In this document: positions 19,217-28,566 of the stretch, piece by piece
Layout of the letters: each line of letters starts with the position of its first letter
How positions within the stretch are numbered: the stretch's first letter is position 1
From: Gemmatimonadales bacterium
Lineage (GTDB): Bacteria > Gemmatimonadota > Gemmatimonadetes > Gemmatimonadales > GWC2-71-9
Reading direction: 5' to 3'
Length of the DNA stretch: 64,000 bases
Assembly (NCBI GenBank): GCA_037189525.1
Contig: JBBCJC010000011.1
Coordinates: forward strand, 11,634-75,633
The notes under the pieces: generated by a model
The model's database searches: none
Told to the model about the DNA's origin: nothing
Seen by the model: the letters and a program-made list of their open reading frames with translations, nothing else
Program-made: the position numbers and the translations under genes

Positions 19217-21256
19217 ATGAATCTGCTTGGTCAATTCGCCCTCTGGGCCGCGCTGCTGATTTCGATCTGGGCCGTCGTGCTCGCATTTTCGGGGCAGACG
19301 GTCGAACGCGCCGAGGTGGCCCGCGCGGTTCGCCGGGCTCCGCACGCGGCCTCGCTGGCGGTCTGGATCGCCTCGATCGCGCTGTGGAAGGCGCTCTTTG
19401 CGCACGACTTCAGCGTCGAATACGTCTACGCGTACACCTCGCGGAACCTCCCCGACTACTACCTCTTCTCGGCTTTCTGGGCCGGTCAGAAGGGCTCGCT
19501 GCTCTTCTGGGCGCTGGTGCTCGGGTCGTTTGCGTCGCTGGCCCAGATCGTCACGCCGCCGCGGTATCGTGATCTCCTGCCCACCGTCGCCGGGGTGACC
19601 AGCGGGGTTCTCGCCTTTTTCCTTCTGGTGATGCTGGTCGGCGGGGCTAATCCGTTCGGCCAGCTGCCCTTCGTGCCGCCGGACGGACGCGGCCTCAATC
19701 CGCAGTTGCAAAACCCGGGGATGGTGATCCACCCGCCGATGCTCTATCTCGGGTATATCGGCCTCACCATTCCGTTTGCGTTTGCCATCGCGGCGCTGTG
19801 GCATCGGCGGCTCGACAGCGGCTGGATCCACGCGATTCGCAAATGGTCGCTCGTGTCCTGGCTCTTCCTCTCGGTCGGCATCACCATCGGTATGTGGTGG
19901 GCGTATGTCGAACTCGGGTGGGGCGGCTACTGGGCCTGGGATCCGGTCGAGAATGCGAGCCTGCTGCCGTGGCTCACGCTGACGGCCTTCCTTCATTCCG
20001 TCATGATCCAGGAAAAGCGCGGGATGCTCAAGCGATGGAACGTGGGCCTGGTGATCGGCTCCTTCCTGCTCAGCATCTTCGGCACCTTCCTGACCCGGTC
20101 GGGCGTGATTGCGAGTGTCCACAGCTTCGCGCAGTCGAACGTCGGCTATTTCTTCCTGGCGTTTCTGGTCGTGGTCGGCGTCCTGTGCTACACCTTGCTG
20201 TACACCCGCTGGCCGGCGCTCGAGCCCGAGGCGCAACTCGAATCGCTCGCGAGCCGGGAAGCGGCCTTTCTGTTCAATAACCTGATCCTGATCGGGATTG
20301 CCTTCTCGGTTCTGTGGGGCACCATCTTTCCCGTCCTGTCCGAAGCCGTGCGGGACGTCAAGATTTCGGTCGGGCCGCCGTTCTTCAATCGCGTCAACGT
20401 TCCGCTCGGTCTGATGCTGCTGTTGCTGACGGGGATCGGTCCCTTGATTGCCTGGCGGAAGACGTCGGTGCCCAATCTGAAGCGGCAGTTCGCGGCGTCG
20501 TTAGGCGGCGCGCTGGTGACCGCGGTCGTCCTGCTGGTCGCCGGGATGCGCGACTTCTATGCCCTGATTGCGCTGGTCATTGCCGCTTTCGTCCTCGGCA
20601 CCGTGGTCCAGGAGTTCGTGCGCGGTATCCGGGCCCGCCGGCGCCTCTATGGTGAATCGCTGATCGTCGCCACCGGTCGCCTGGTAGGCAGGAACCGTCG
20701 CCGCTACGGGGGCTACCTGGTGCACGTTGCCATCGTGGTGTACTTCGTGGCGTTCACGGGCGGGGCCTTCAAAGTCACCCGGGAAGCCACGCTGCGGGTC
20801 GGCGAGTCGATGGACATCCGGAGTCCCTTCGGCGCGACCTATCGACTGACCCATCTGGGCGTTTCCCAGTATGACGCGCTCAACCGCCAGGTCTCGGCCG
20901 CTACGCTGGAAGTGCGCCGCGATGGCCAGAGGATCGGGACGGTGGTGTCGGAGAAGCGCCAGCACGTCGACAGCTTCGGCAATCCGACGTTCCAGCCCTC
21001 GACCGAAGTCGGGATCCTGCCCAGCATACGGGAGGACCTCTACGTCGTCTTTGCGGGCACGGTCGATTTCACTGAGCGGGCTTCCTTTGCCATCACCCTC
21101 AATCCGCTGGTATGGTGGGTCTGGTTCGGTGGCATCCTGCTGGTCGTCGGCGGGCTGATCACGCTTTGGCCGGGCGGCCCGGGTATGGCACCGCAGGTAA
21201 CGCGAGTGCGCGCGCCCGAAGCGCTGGAGCCGGCCCCCGAGCCGGTCAACGTATGA
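19217..21256 (+). CDS. ccmF: Cytochrome c synthase CcmF
   Basis: WAGQKGSLLFW, GLNPQLQ, IHPPMLYLGY, WAYVELGWGGYWAWDPVENASLLPW, LTRSGVIASVHSFA. Confidence 0.96.
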   Translation: MNLLGQFALWAALLISIWAVVLAFSGQTVERAEVARAVRRAPHAASLAVWIASIALWKALFAHDFSVEYVYAYTSRNLPDYYLFSAFWAGQKGSLLFWALVLGSFASLAQIVTPPRYRDLLPTVAGVTSGVLAFFLLVMLVGGANPFGQLPFVPPDGRGLNPQLQNPGMVIHPPMLYLGYIGLTIPFAFAIAALWHRRLDSGWIHAIRKWSLVSWLFLSVGITIGMWWAYVELGWGGYWAWDPVENASLLPWLTLTAFLHSVMIQEKRGMLKRWNVGLVIGSFLLSIFGTFLTRSGVIASVHSFAQSNVGYFFLAFLVVVGVLCYTLLYTRWPALEPEAQLESLASREAAFLFNNLILIGIAFSVLWGTIFPVLSEAVRDVKISVGPPFFNRVNVPLGLMLLLLTGIGPLIAWRKTSVPNLKRQFAASLGGALVTAVVLLVAGMRDFYALIALVIAAFVLGTVVQEFVRGIRARRRLYGESLIVATGRLVGRNRRRYGGYLVHVAIVVYFVAFTGGAFKVTREATLRVGESMDIRSPFGATYRLTHLGVSQYDALNRQVSAATLEVRRDGQRIGTVVSEKRQHVDSFGNPTFQPSTEVGILPSIREDLYVVFAGTVDFTERASFAITLNPLVWWVWFGGILLVVGGLITLWPGGPGMAPQVTRVRAPEALEPAPEPVNV

Positions 21257-21867
21257 CCGGCCCGATCGATCGCCGTCGCGTTCTCGGTGTGCTGGCGGCC
21301 GGCCTGCTGGCCCGGCGCCTCGACGCGCAGCAGGCCGGGCAGCCCGGAGCGGCCGATCCGCTGCCACGCCCCGGCGTGGTCGGTGCGCCGCGCCGAGTGG
21401 TCGATTCGGTTCAGAATGACCCGCAGATCGTCGCCGTCGAGCGGCGGCTCCGTTGCCCCTGTCCCTGCGGGCTCGACGTCTTTACTTGCCGGACCACCGA
21501 TTTCACCTGCACCTATTCGCCGGCTCGGCACGACGAAGTGGTTGCCCTGTTCCGGGAAGGCAAGACCCCGGAGGAAGTGGTGGCCGCGTTCGTCGACCGG
21601 TACGGCGAAGAGGCGCTGATGGCGCCCAAGCCCGAGGGCTTCGGGATCGTCGGATACCTGCTGCCAGGCGCCGCCATCCTGACCGGCGCCAGCCTGCTCG
21701 GCTGGTACATCCTGCGCCGATCCCGGCTGCGTCGAGCCGCTGCCGGTGCGGTGGCGGTTTCGGATGTCTCACCGGCGCCGGTGCCGGACATCGCAGGCGC
21801 CGCCGATCGTGAAACGGCCCAGGATGTAGACCGGCTCCAGCGGGCCCTTCGGGATCTCGAGACCTGA
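21253..21867 (+). CDS. ccmH: CcmH-like protein
   Basis: LRCPCPC motif, FVDRYGEEALMAP, C-terminal TM; ATGA overlap with ccmF. Confidence 0.8.
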   Translation: MTGPIDRRRVLGVLAAGLLARRLDAQQAGQPGAADPLPRPGVVGAPRRVVDSVQNDPQIVAVERRLRCPCPCGLDVFTCRTTDFTCTYSPARHDEVVALFREGKTPEEVVAAFVDRYGEEALMAPKPEGFGIVGYLLPGAAILTGASLLGWYILRRSRLRRAAAGAVAVSDVSPAPVPDIAGAADRETAQDVDRLQRALRDLET

Positions 21868-22352
21868 TGCTGGAACTCGCTGCCATCATCGTGCTCGGCC
21901 TGGTGCTCATCGGTATGGTGATGACACCGTTGCTCCGCAGGACGCCGGACCCGGACGACCTCGACGAACCGTTGCCGCTCGAGGAGACCCGCCAGGGCCA
22001 GGCCCTGCTTGCCATCAAAGACCTCGATTTCGATCACGCCACCGGGAAGATCTCGGAGGATGATTACCTCGCGTTGAAGGGCCGATTCACTTCCGCGGCA
22101 CTTGCCGCGCTTCGGGACGAGCCGGCCGATCCCGCCGAGCAGCTGGTTGCGGCGCGGCGGGCGGCGCTCGACGGAGCCGGGCCGGTCGCGGTGTGTCCCG
22201 CCTGTGGCCCTCGGCCCGAATCGGACGCCCGTTTCTGTTCCGATTGCGGCCTCTCGCTCGATACCCCTACGACCTGCCCGAGCTGCGCGGCTCCGCTGCC
22301 GTCGGGAGCCCGTTTCTGTGCCGGTTGCGGGACTCGGGCGGCGGCAGCGTAG
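21867..22352 (+). CDS. CcmI N-terminal-like membrane protein with a C-terminal double zinc ribbon
   Basis: TM followed by AIKDLDFDHATGKISEDDYLAL; four CxxC at the C-terminus. Confidence 0.7.
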   Translation: MLELAAIIVLGLVLIGMVMTPLLRRTPDPDDLDEPLPLEETRQGQALLAIKDLDFDHATGKISEDDYLALKGRFTSAALAALRDEPADPAEQLVAARRAALDGAGPVAVCPACGPRPESDARFCSDCGLSLDTPTTCPSCAAPLPSGARFCAGCGTRAAAA

Positions 22353-22400
22353 TCCGGATCGGATAGCCCGCGCATCGATTGCTGCGCAGTTGATGCCTGC

Positions 22401-23666
22401 TCAGCGCATTTCCAGTCTGATCGCCCCGTTCATCACGCTGTTCTCACCCCGAACGACCCAGTTGGCTCCCGGCAGGTACGCATTGGCCGCCGCCACATCT
22501 TCGACCGCATTGCCGACCGGGTCGTCGTTGGTCGAGAAGAATGAGAACGTCGCCTTGAGCATCCGGATCCAGATCGGCGCCTTCTCGAAGATCCGCCCGC
22601 CGGCGCGCGCGACGTCCTTGCCGCCGGTGTTGTCGCCGTAGACCAGCCGAATCGATTCGAAGAGGGCGTTGGCGCGGTTCTGATCGATCTTGATCTGGCA
22701 GGCGCCATCGTCGTCCTCCACCACGAATACCCTGAGCGCCTGGCCGGGATGCTGGGTCTGGTAGCTGTTCAACTGCGCCTGGCTCATCAACATGACGTTT
22801 CCGGACCATTGGGTACTGTTCTGGTCGAAGGTGTAGGGGCCGCCCGCATGTTCGCCGGCGCACTGATAGCTGGTCAGCGCGTTCTCGGAACCGGCCTTAC
22901 CCAGGACGTGAACCTCGAACTCGGGGGCCCCTTTGAACCAGCCTTCGAAGGTGTCGACGAATTTGGCGCGCGTCATGAACAGGCCCTGGGATGCGGTCGA
23001 GCCGCCACTGCCACCGCCGCCTCCCCCGACGCTGCCACCTCCTCCACCGCCGCCCGGACCCAGCATGTCGTCACAGGCCATCAGGCACGAGTTGGCCATC
23101 GGCCGATCGAAGTCGATCTCCGCGCGGCCGAGCATCAGCACCGGGGTCTCGGGCGGAGTGGTGGGGCTCAGCAGGTGGCGTCGCCCGGCCAGATCGAAGG
23201 CGACCGGCGCATCATTATCGAGTTCGGCCGTGGCAACCAGCAGGTCCTCGCCGCCGTTCCACCGGGCCCGGTGTTCCGGCACCGGAAAGTAGACCTCGAT
23301 GGCCGGCCCGTCGGCGATCCGTTCCGTGACGCCGATTTCGGCCGAAGCGGTCGGCGCAGCAAGGTGCGCATAGGCGCGCCTGTCCCGGCTCAGGAAGCCC
23401 TGCAGGCTGATTTTCCCTTCGGGGAGCGGTGAATGGCGAAGTTCCAGCATCACCGTGCGCCGAAACTCCGGATTGCGCATGGCGACGGCCACTTGCTCGG
23501 CAAGCCATTCGTGGCGCTCGCGAAGATGGGCCAGGTAGGGCGGGTCGGCGGGAGGTCTAACTGCTTGCTCCGCATTCGGCTGGGTCGGATGGACGGTCGG
23601 TCGGTCGCTGCAGGCGGCAAGACCCAGGAGCAACGCGGCGGCGAGGCCGGTACGGCGGTACGACAT
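22401..23666 (-). CDS. Lipoprotein of unknown function with a Gly-rich linker (possibly DUF3103-like)
   Basis: Lipobox LAA-C; two domains joined by GPGGGGGGGSVGGGGGGSGGS; EGWFKGAPEFEV. Confidence 0.7.
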   Translation of the reverse strand: MSYRRTGLAAALLLGLAACSDRPTVHPTQPNAEQAVRPPADPPYLAHLRERHEWLAEQVAVAMRNPEFRRTVMLELRHSPLPEGKISLQGFLSRDRRAYAHLAAPTASAEIGVTERIADGPAIEVYFPVPEHRARWNGGEDLLVATAELDNDAPVAFDLAGRRHLLSPTTPPETPVLMLGRAEIDFDRPMANSCLMACDDMLGPGGGGGGGSVGGGGGGSGGSTASQGLFMTRAKFVDTFEGWFKGAPEFEVHVLGKAGSENALTSYQCAGEHAGGPYTFDQNSTQWSGNVMLMSQAQLNSYQTQHPGQALRVFVVEDDDGACQIKIDQNRANALFESIRLVYGDNTGGKDVARAGGRIFEKAPIWIRMLKATFSFFSTNDDPVGNAVEDVAAANAYLPGANWVVRGENSVMNGAIRLEMR

Positions 23667-23784
23667 GGTTCCCCCTTGCTAGTGGTGACCGGCCCGCGTT
23701 CGGCGGGTCGGGATCACACACTAGGAAGGGGTGCGAAGGTGGCGTGAAGCGAGAAAACGCAACGCGGCGCGAAAACGCGCGAGG

Positions 23785-25500
23785 TCAGACTTCCAGGGCT
23801 TCGAGACGCTTGAGACTGCGCTGCAACGGAATGATCGTCGCCGCGGCGCAGAGCAGAAAAACTTTGCCGAGCACCAGCCAGAGCTCGGGCGGCAGATCGT
23901 TTTCGCCGCCGCCCATCTGATACTGGCGCAAGTGCTCGGCCACCGGCCGGGCCTCGATGGCAATGATGCCGGCCAACAGCAGAATGGCGGTCATCATGAA
24001 GACCAGGCCGCCGAAGCTGGTCGGGATCTGGGCGGCATTCTCGGTGTCGAACTGCGGATAGAGCACGCCCAGCGAGAGCGCGAGCGCGCCGGCCGCCATG
24101 GTAAAACAGGCGATCGTGACGACCGACAGGAACATCATGAACGGCGATGCGCGCAGGATCTCGTTGGTCACCACCGTGATAGTCAGCGCCACGACGAGCA
24201 GCGGCGCGGTGCCGACCCAGTACTTGCTCCACAGCATGGCGCGCAGGTCGAGCGGGCTCGATTTGAGGAGCCAGAGCTGGCGGCCTTCCAGCGAAACCGA
24301 GGGGAAGATGAATCGAGCGGCAATGGCCGCCAACACGAACCCGGCGAGTCCCTGATTCAGGAAGACCACCAGGGTCACCAGGATGTACGGCACCCGTTCG
24401 CCGGTGTAGAGCGGCAGGGCGCGGATGTTGAAGACGTAGACGACCAGGAGAACGCCCAGCAGGATCAGCTGGCTCCACTGCGTGGTGTCGCGGAAAAAGA
24501 CCCGCAGATCCTTGAGAACGAATTCACGCTTGGTCACCGGCAGAAAGCGAAGCACGCGCGACGCGACTCGCTGCCAGGCCTGTCCCGCGGCATAGGTGTC
24601 GGCGCCCTCCTGGGCCTTGGAGAAGCCCTTGGGAAAGAGCCGGCTGTGGAGCGCGGCACCGAGGACGATGAACGCTCCCGCGGTGGTCCAGAGCAGCATC
24701 AGCGGCAGCGGATCGGCCACGCGGCCCAGCCAGTTCATCATGGCGTTGGCCGCCCACTCGCTGGGCATCAGCGGGTGACTGGGCGCCTGCAACTCCGCTA
24801 CGAAGTCGACCAGGTTCCGGAATCCTTCGGGACGGGACAGCTGTTCCGGACGGAGGAACCGGAGCACCAGCACGACGCCACCCACGGCGCCGATGGCAAT
24901 CAGGGTCAGCAGATCGCGCGCGCGGCGGGCCGGGAAGACGTTGACCAGGAGCAGCGTGATGGTCGAGCCGACTACGGTGGGGAGCAGGAAATAGGGAATC
25001 AGCGCGCCCAGCGCAGCGATCGGAAAGAGGAAACCGCCGTCGTAGACCACCCCATACGCCGTCAGGATCGGCACCAGCAGGAGCGCCACCATCCACGACG
25101 AGTGGATCAGCGTCTCGATCAGCTTGGCCAGATAGAGCCGGGCCCAGTCGACCGGGGCCGAGACCAGCATGTCGAGGTCTTTGGCCAGGAAAAAGGTCGA
25201 GAGCGCGGTGACGAGATTGGACAGGAGCAGGATGGCGGAAAACGCCAGCAGCAGCATGCTCAGGATCTTGCCCGCCAGCAGGCCGCCGATTTCCGGGGTC
25301 GTGCCGAGGTAGCGGAGGACCCGATAGAATATGGCAAACGCTCCGGCCCAGAAGCCGCCGCCGATGACGACGAGGAGCAGGACGCGCCAGAACGCATCGC
25401 TCCGCCCCTTGGCCATCCGTGCCCGGACGCTGCGCCACTTCGGCTCGAGGATCCGGACGACGCCGGCTCCCCGATCGACTTTAGCGGTCGAGGACTGCAC
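23785..25500 (-). CDS. ABC exporter permease (multi-TM)
   Basis: Many TM segments; DLDMLVSAPV and SLEGRQLWLLKSSP motifs; overlaps the ATPase gene. Confidence 0.85.
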   Translation of the reverse strand: MQSSTAKVDRGAGVVRILEPKWRSVRARMAKGRSDAFWRVLLLVVIGGGFWAGAFAIFYRVLRYLGTTPEIGGLLAGKILSMLLLAFSAILLLSNLVTALSTFFLAKDLDMLVSAPVDWARLYLAKLIETLIHSSWMVALLLVPILTAYGVVYDGGFLFPIAALGALIPYFLLPTVVGSTITLLLVNVFPARRARDLLTLIAIGAVGGVVLVLRFLRPEQLSRPEGFRNLVDFVAELQAPSHPLMPSEWAANAMMNWLGRVADPLPLMLLWTTAGAFIVLGAALHSRLFPKGFSKAQEGADTYAAGQAWQRVASRVLRFLPVTKREFVLKDLRVFFRDTTQWSQLILLGVLLVVYVFNIRALPLYTGERVPYILVTLVVFLNQGLAGFVLAAIAARFIFPSVSLEGRQLWLLKSSPLDLRAMLWSKYWVGTAPLLVVALTITVVTNEILRASPFMMFLSVVTIACFTMAAGALALSLGVLYPQFDTENAAQIPTSFGGLVFMMTAILLLAGIIAIEARPVAEHLRQYQMGGGENDLPPELWLVLGKVFLLCAAATIIPLQRSLKRLEALEV

Positions 25501-26239
25501 TCAGCTCTCGCTCTCCCAATCCGCCGGTGAGTTTGAGGAAGATGTCCTCGAGGCTTGCATCGCCCGCCGCCGTCTGTTCCCGAATTTCGGCCATGGTGCC
25601 GGCCGCCGCGATCTTGCCGCCGAACACGATTCCGATCCGGTCGCACATCACTTCGGCGATCTCGAGCGTGTGGGTGCTCATCAGGACGGTGCCGCCGCGC
25701 TCGACAAAGCCGCGAAACAGGTCCTTGAGGAGCCGCGCGCTCTTGGGGTCGAGACCGACCATCGGCTCGTCCACTACGATCACATCGGGCCGATGCACCA
25801 TGGCGCTCGAGATGATCAGCTTCTGTCGCATACCGTGGCTGTATGACTCGGTCAGTTCGTGTTTCCAGGGCGCCAGCTCGAACAGCTCAAGCAATTCATC
25901 GAGGCGCCGCTCGATCTCCGGCCCCGATTGCCCGTACAGCCCCGCGACGAATCGAAGGAATTCGGCGCCGGTGAGTTTGTCGTAGACGAAGGGACGGTCC
26001 GGAATGAAGCCGAGCCGTTGCTTGGCCTGCATCGGCTGGCTGACGATGTCGTAGCCCGCCACCGTGACCGAACCGGAGGTCGGCCGGAGGATCCCGGCGA
26101 TCATCCGCATGGTCGTCGTCTTGCCCGCCCCGTTCGGTCCCAGCAGGCCGTACAACGTCCCGGAGGGAATCTCGAGCGAGATCTGGTCGACCGCGGTGAA
26201 CTTGCCATACCGCTTGGTCAGATTGGAAAGCTGAATCAT
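25481..26239 (-). CDS. ABC transporter ATP-binding protein
   Basis: GPNGAGKTT, YSHGMRQK, IVVDEP, STH. Confidence 0.95.
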   Translation of the reverse strand: MIQLSNLTKRYGKFTAVDQISLEIPSGTLYGLLGPNGAGKTTTMRMIAGILRPTSGSVTVAGYDIVSQPMQAKQRLGFIPDRPFVYDKLTGAEFLRFVAGLYGQSGPEIERRLDELLELFELAPWKHELTESYSHGMRQKLIISSAMVHRPDVIVVDEPMVGLDPKSARLLKDLFRGFVERGGTVLMSTHTLEIAEVMCDRIGIVFGGKIAAAGTMAEIREQTAAGDASLEDIFLKLTGGLGERELSAVLDR

Positions 26240-27777
26240 GGTTGCGCGTCCGACGGAATCGGTTCGAGAACGGCGGCGCCGACCAAGGGCACCAGATCGA
26301 TGGCGCGACCGTACCCGCCGGACACGATGCGCAGCAAGGACGCCGAGGCGGGGAACTGCCCGAAGGTCGGATCCACGGCAATCCAGGCATCATTCAGCCG
26401 GACCTCGGCCCAGGTATGCCCGTAGGTGGTGCCACCCACGACGGCCACGCCGCCCACCACTCGTGCGGTCAAGCCGCGCGCGCGCGCCAGGTCGGCAAAC
26501 AGTGATGCCATGCCCTCGGCGCCGGCGCGACGGTCCCGGAGGACGCGGTCCGGCGCCTTGGCCGCGGCGAGCGAGCGGTCCGGCCGGACTTCGCGGTGGA
26601 CCCATTCGGCCAGCGCGGCGACGACGGCACGGTCTCGTGCCTCCGGAGCGATTGTCGCTGCCTGCGCAGCAACGCTCGGCGCGATCGGACGCAGTTTTGC
26701 CGCGGGGTCGAGGAAACCACGGCGGACCGAGTCGGTTCCGACGGTGTGGCGACCGATGTCGATCCGGTCCTGGTCGGAGGACTGCCGCCCGCCGGTGAGC
26801 CACGTTGTCTGCGGTGCCGTGGCGCCTGCCGCGGTCCGGACGCGGTACTCGACGCTGTCGGCGCGGGGCAGGCGGAGGCCGGCTTCCAGCAGGCTGCGCA
26901 TGGCCGGCAGGCGAGAACGAACCGTGGGATCTTTCGCCAGCTCCGCACGGTAGTTGATGTTGACCAGTTCGAAAGCCGATCGGGTCAGGCGGACGCCCAG
27001 CGGGGTTTCGCTCTCGACCAGATTGCCGTTGGCGTCGACCCAGAGGACTTCCGGCGTTCCGCTCGCGGCGTGCGTGAGCCGCCATGCGGTGACGGTATCG
27101 TATCGGGCCGGCTGCCAGGTCCGGGTGCCGCGGGTTTCGACCGCGCTGTCGGCGTACACGAACGACGACTCCGCCGTCGCCGCGACTTCGAGCCGGCTGA
27201 TCGTTCCGGTGGTCAGGTCGAGCAGATTGGTGATGCCCGACTGCCCCACGCTGAGGCGTCGGGCAAAGGCCAGCCGATAGGGCAGGATCTCGGGCAGCGC
27301 CACGTCTCCCGACACTCTGAGAGTCCATTCGCCCACCGTGCCGTCGCGGTCGTCCTGTTGGGCCAGCCGGAGCAGCGAATCACCCTCGACCGTGCCGCGA
27401 AGTTCGTCGAACTGTCCTCCGCCCGTTACGGTGCGGACAAAGCTGAGCAGACGCAAGCTGCGCGAGAGCGCGATGTCGGTCCGCCGGGTGATCCGGCGAA
27501 TCGAGTCGTTGGTGATGGGGACGTCGAGGGCCATGACCTGGGAAACGCGGAAGCCGGCGGCCGTCGTGTCGATGGTGATGCTGGCGTATCCGATTTGGAG
27601 GTCGCCCGCCTTGACGGAATAGAAGAACGCGTCGGGATTGAGCCGAATGGTGGCTTCGGCGATGGTTTCCGCTTCGGTCTTGCCCAATTCGCGACGGGCC
27701 AGCCAGCCGAGTGCCGCGGCCCATGCGAGCAACATGACCTGTGCCGCTGTCCGCCGATTGAACACGCCAAGCTTCAC
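26236..27777 (-). CDS. Membrane-anchored transglutaminase-like protein, catalytic Cys apparently absent
   Basis: GHTWAEV and VDPTFGQ motifs present; the expected GxC site reads AGAEGMASLF. Confidence 0.75.
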   Translation of the reverse strand: MKLGVFNRRTAAQVMLLAWAAALGWLARRELGKTEAETIAEATIRLNPDAFFYSVKAGDLQIGYASITIDTTAAGFRVSQVMALDVPITNDSIRRITRRTDIALSRSLRLLSFVRTVTGGGQFDELRGTVEGDSLLRLAQQDDRDGTVGEWTLRVSGDVALPEILPYRLAFARRLSVGQSGITNLLDLTTGTISRLEVAATAESSFVYADSAVETRGTRTWQPARYDTVTAWRLTHAASGTPEVLWVDANGNLVESETPLGVRLTRSAFELVNINYRAELAKDPTVRSRLPAMRSLLEAGLRLPRADSVEYRVRTAAGATAPQTTWLTGGRQSSDQDRIDIGRHTVGTDSVRRGFLDPAAKLRPIAPSVAAQAATIAPEARDRAVVAALAEWVHREVRPDRSLAAAKAPDRVLRDRRAGAEGMASLFADLARARGLTARVVGGVAVVGGTTYGHTWAEVRLNDAWIAVDPTFGQFPASASLLRIVSGGYGRAIDLVPLVGAAVLEPIPSDAQP

Positions 27778-28562
27778 AGGCCTGCTACCTCGCGCGCTTT
27801 ACGGTGCATCGTCATCGCAACCTCCTGCCGGCCGAGCCGATCATGCAGTCGGCCCAGCAGCGTAAAGCCTCGGGGATCGGTGGGCAGCGTCTCGACCGCC
27901 CACTGCAGCAACTCCTCGGCCTCGGCGAGATCGCCGCTCGTCAGGAGTGCTTCCGCCAGGTATAAGGCACACTCGGGGTCTCGAGGTGCCAGGGACCTGG
28001 CTTCCCGAAGCACCGAAACGGCCTCGGCCACCCCACCGAGCCGTAGCCGGGTGGTACCGAGGTAACGGTATGCAGGCCAGTAGCTTGCGTCCTTCCGGAT
28101 GGCTTCCCGGAAATCCGCCTCAGCCGCCTGCGGTTGTCCCGACTGTGCATAGAGTGCGCCACGCCGTACCAGGATCGGGGCCGCCTGACGGGTCAGCTCG
28201 AGCAGGACGCCGAGTTGTTCCAGGGCCTGCTCTGCCTCGCCGGCTTCCGCCAGCATTTCCGCCAGGGCCAGGCGGGGCTCGATGGTGTCCGGATGTGCGG
28301 CGACGAACTGGTCCAACGAGGCGATGGCGTCGAGGCGGCGCCCCCGCCGGCTCAGATCCCGGGCCCGGTCGACCGTCTGGATAGGCAACGGCGCGTCCGG
28401 GTCGGCGCTGGTCGGGAGCCGCTGCTCCGGAACATCCCGCTCGAACGGCCTGAGCGCGGTGATGGGGTCCGGACTGGAGTCGCCCTCCAGGGCCAATAGT
28501 TCGAAGCCCTCGAGGAGGCCCGGGTCGGCCTCGCCGGAGCGGGAATGGTGGAGCCGTCCCAT
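27774..28562 (-). CDS. Tetratricopeptide-repeat protein
   Basis: Multiple TPR-like helices (RGALYAQSGQPQAAEADFREAI, YLG...AEAVSVLREA). Confidence 0.85.
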   Translation of the reverse strand: MGRLHHSRSGEADPGLLEGFELLALEGDSSPDPITALRPFERDVPEQRLPTSADPDAPLPIQTVDRARDLSRRGRRLDAIASLDQFVAAHPDTIEPRLALAEMLAEAGEAEQALEQLGVLLELTRQAAPILVRRGALYAQSGQPQAAEADFREAIRKDASYWPAYRYLGTTRLRLGGVAEAVSVLREARSLAPRDPECALYLAEALLTSGDLAEAEELLQWAVETLPTDPRGFTLLGRLHDRLGRQEVAMTMHRKAREVAGL

Positions 28563-28566
28563 CGAT

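Noticed and set aside
23005..23060. ccgcca/ccaccg low-complexity repeat
   Set aside because: It encodes the poly-Gly linker of the lipoprotein; imperfect, not an independent repeat element
23785..26239. ABC transporter as the missing CcmA/CcmB
   Set aside because: The 571-aa permease is far larger than CcmB, there is no CcmC WWD-domain gene, and it lies in a separate, oppositely oriented operon
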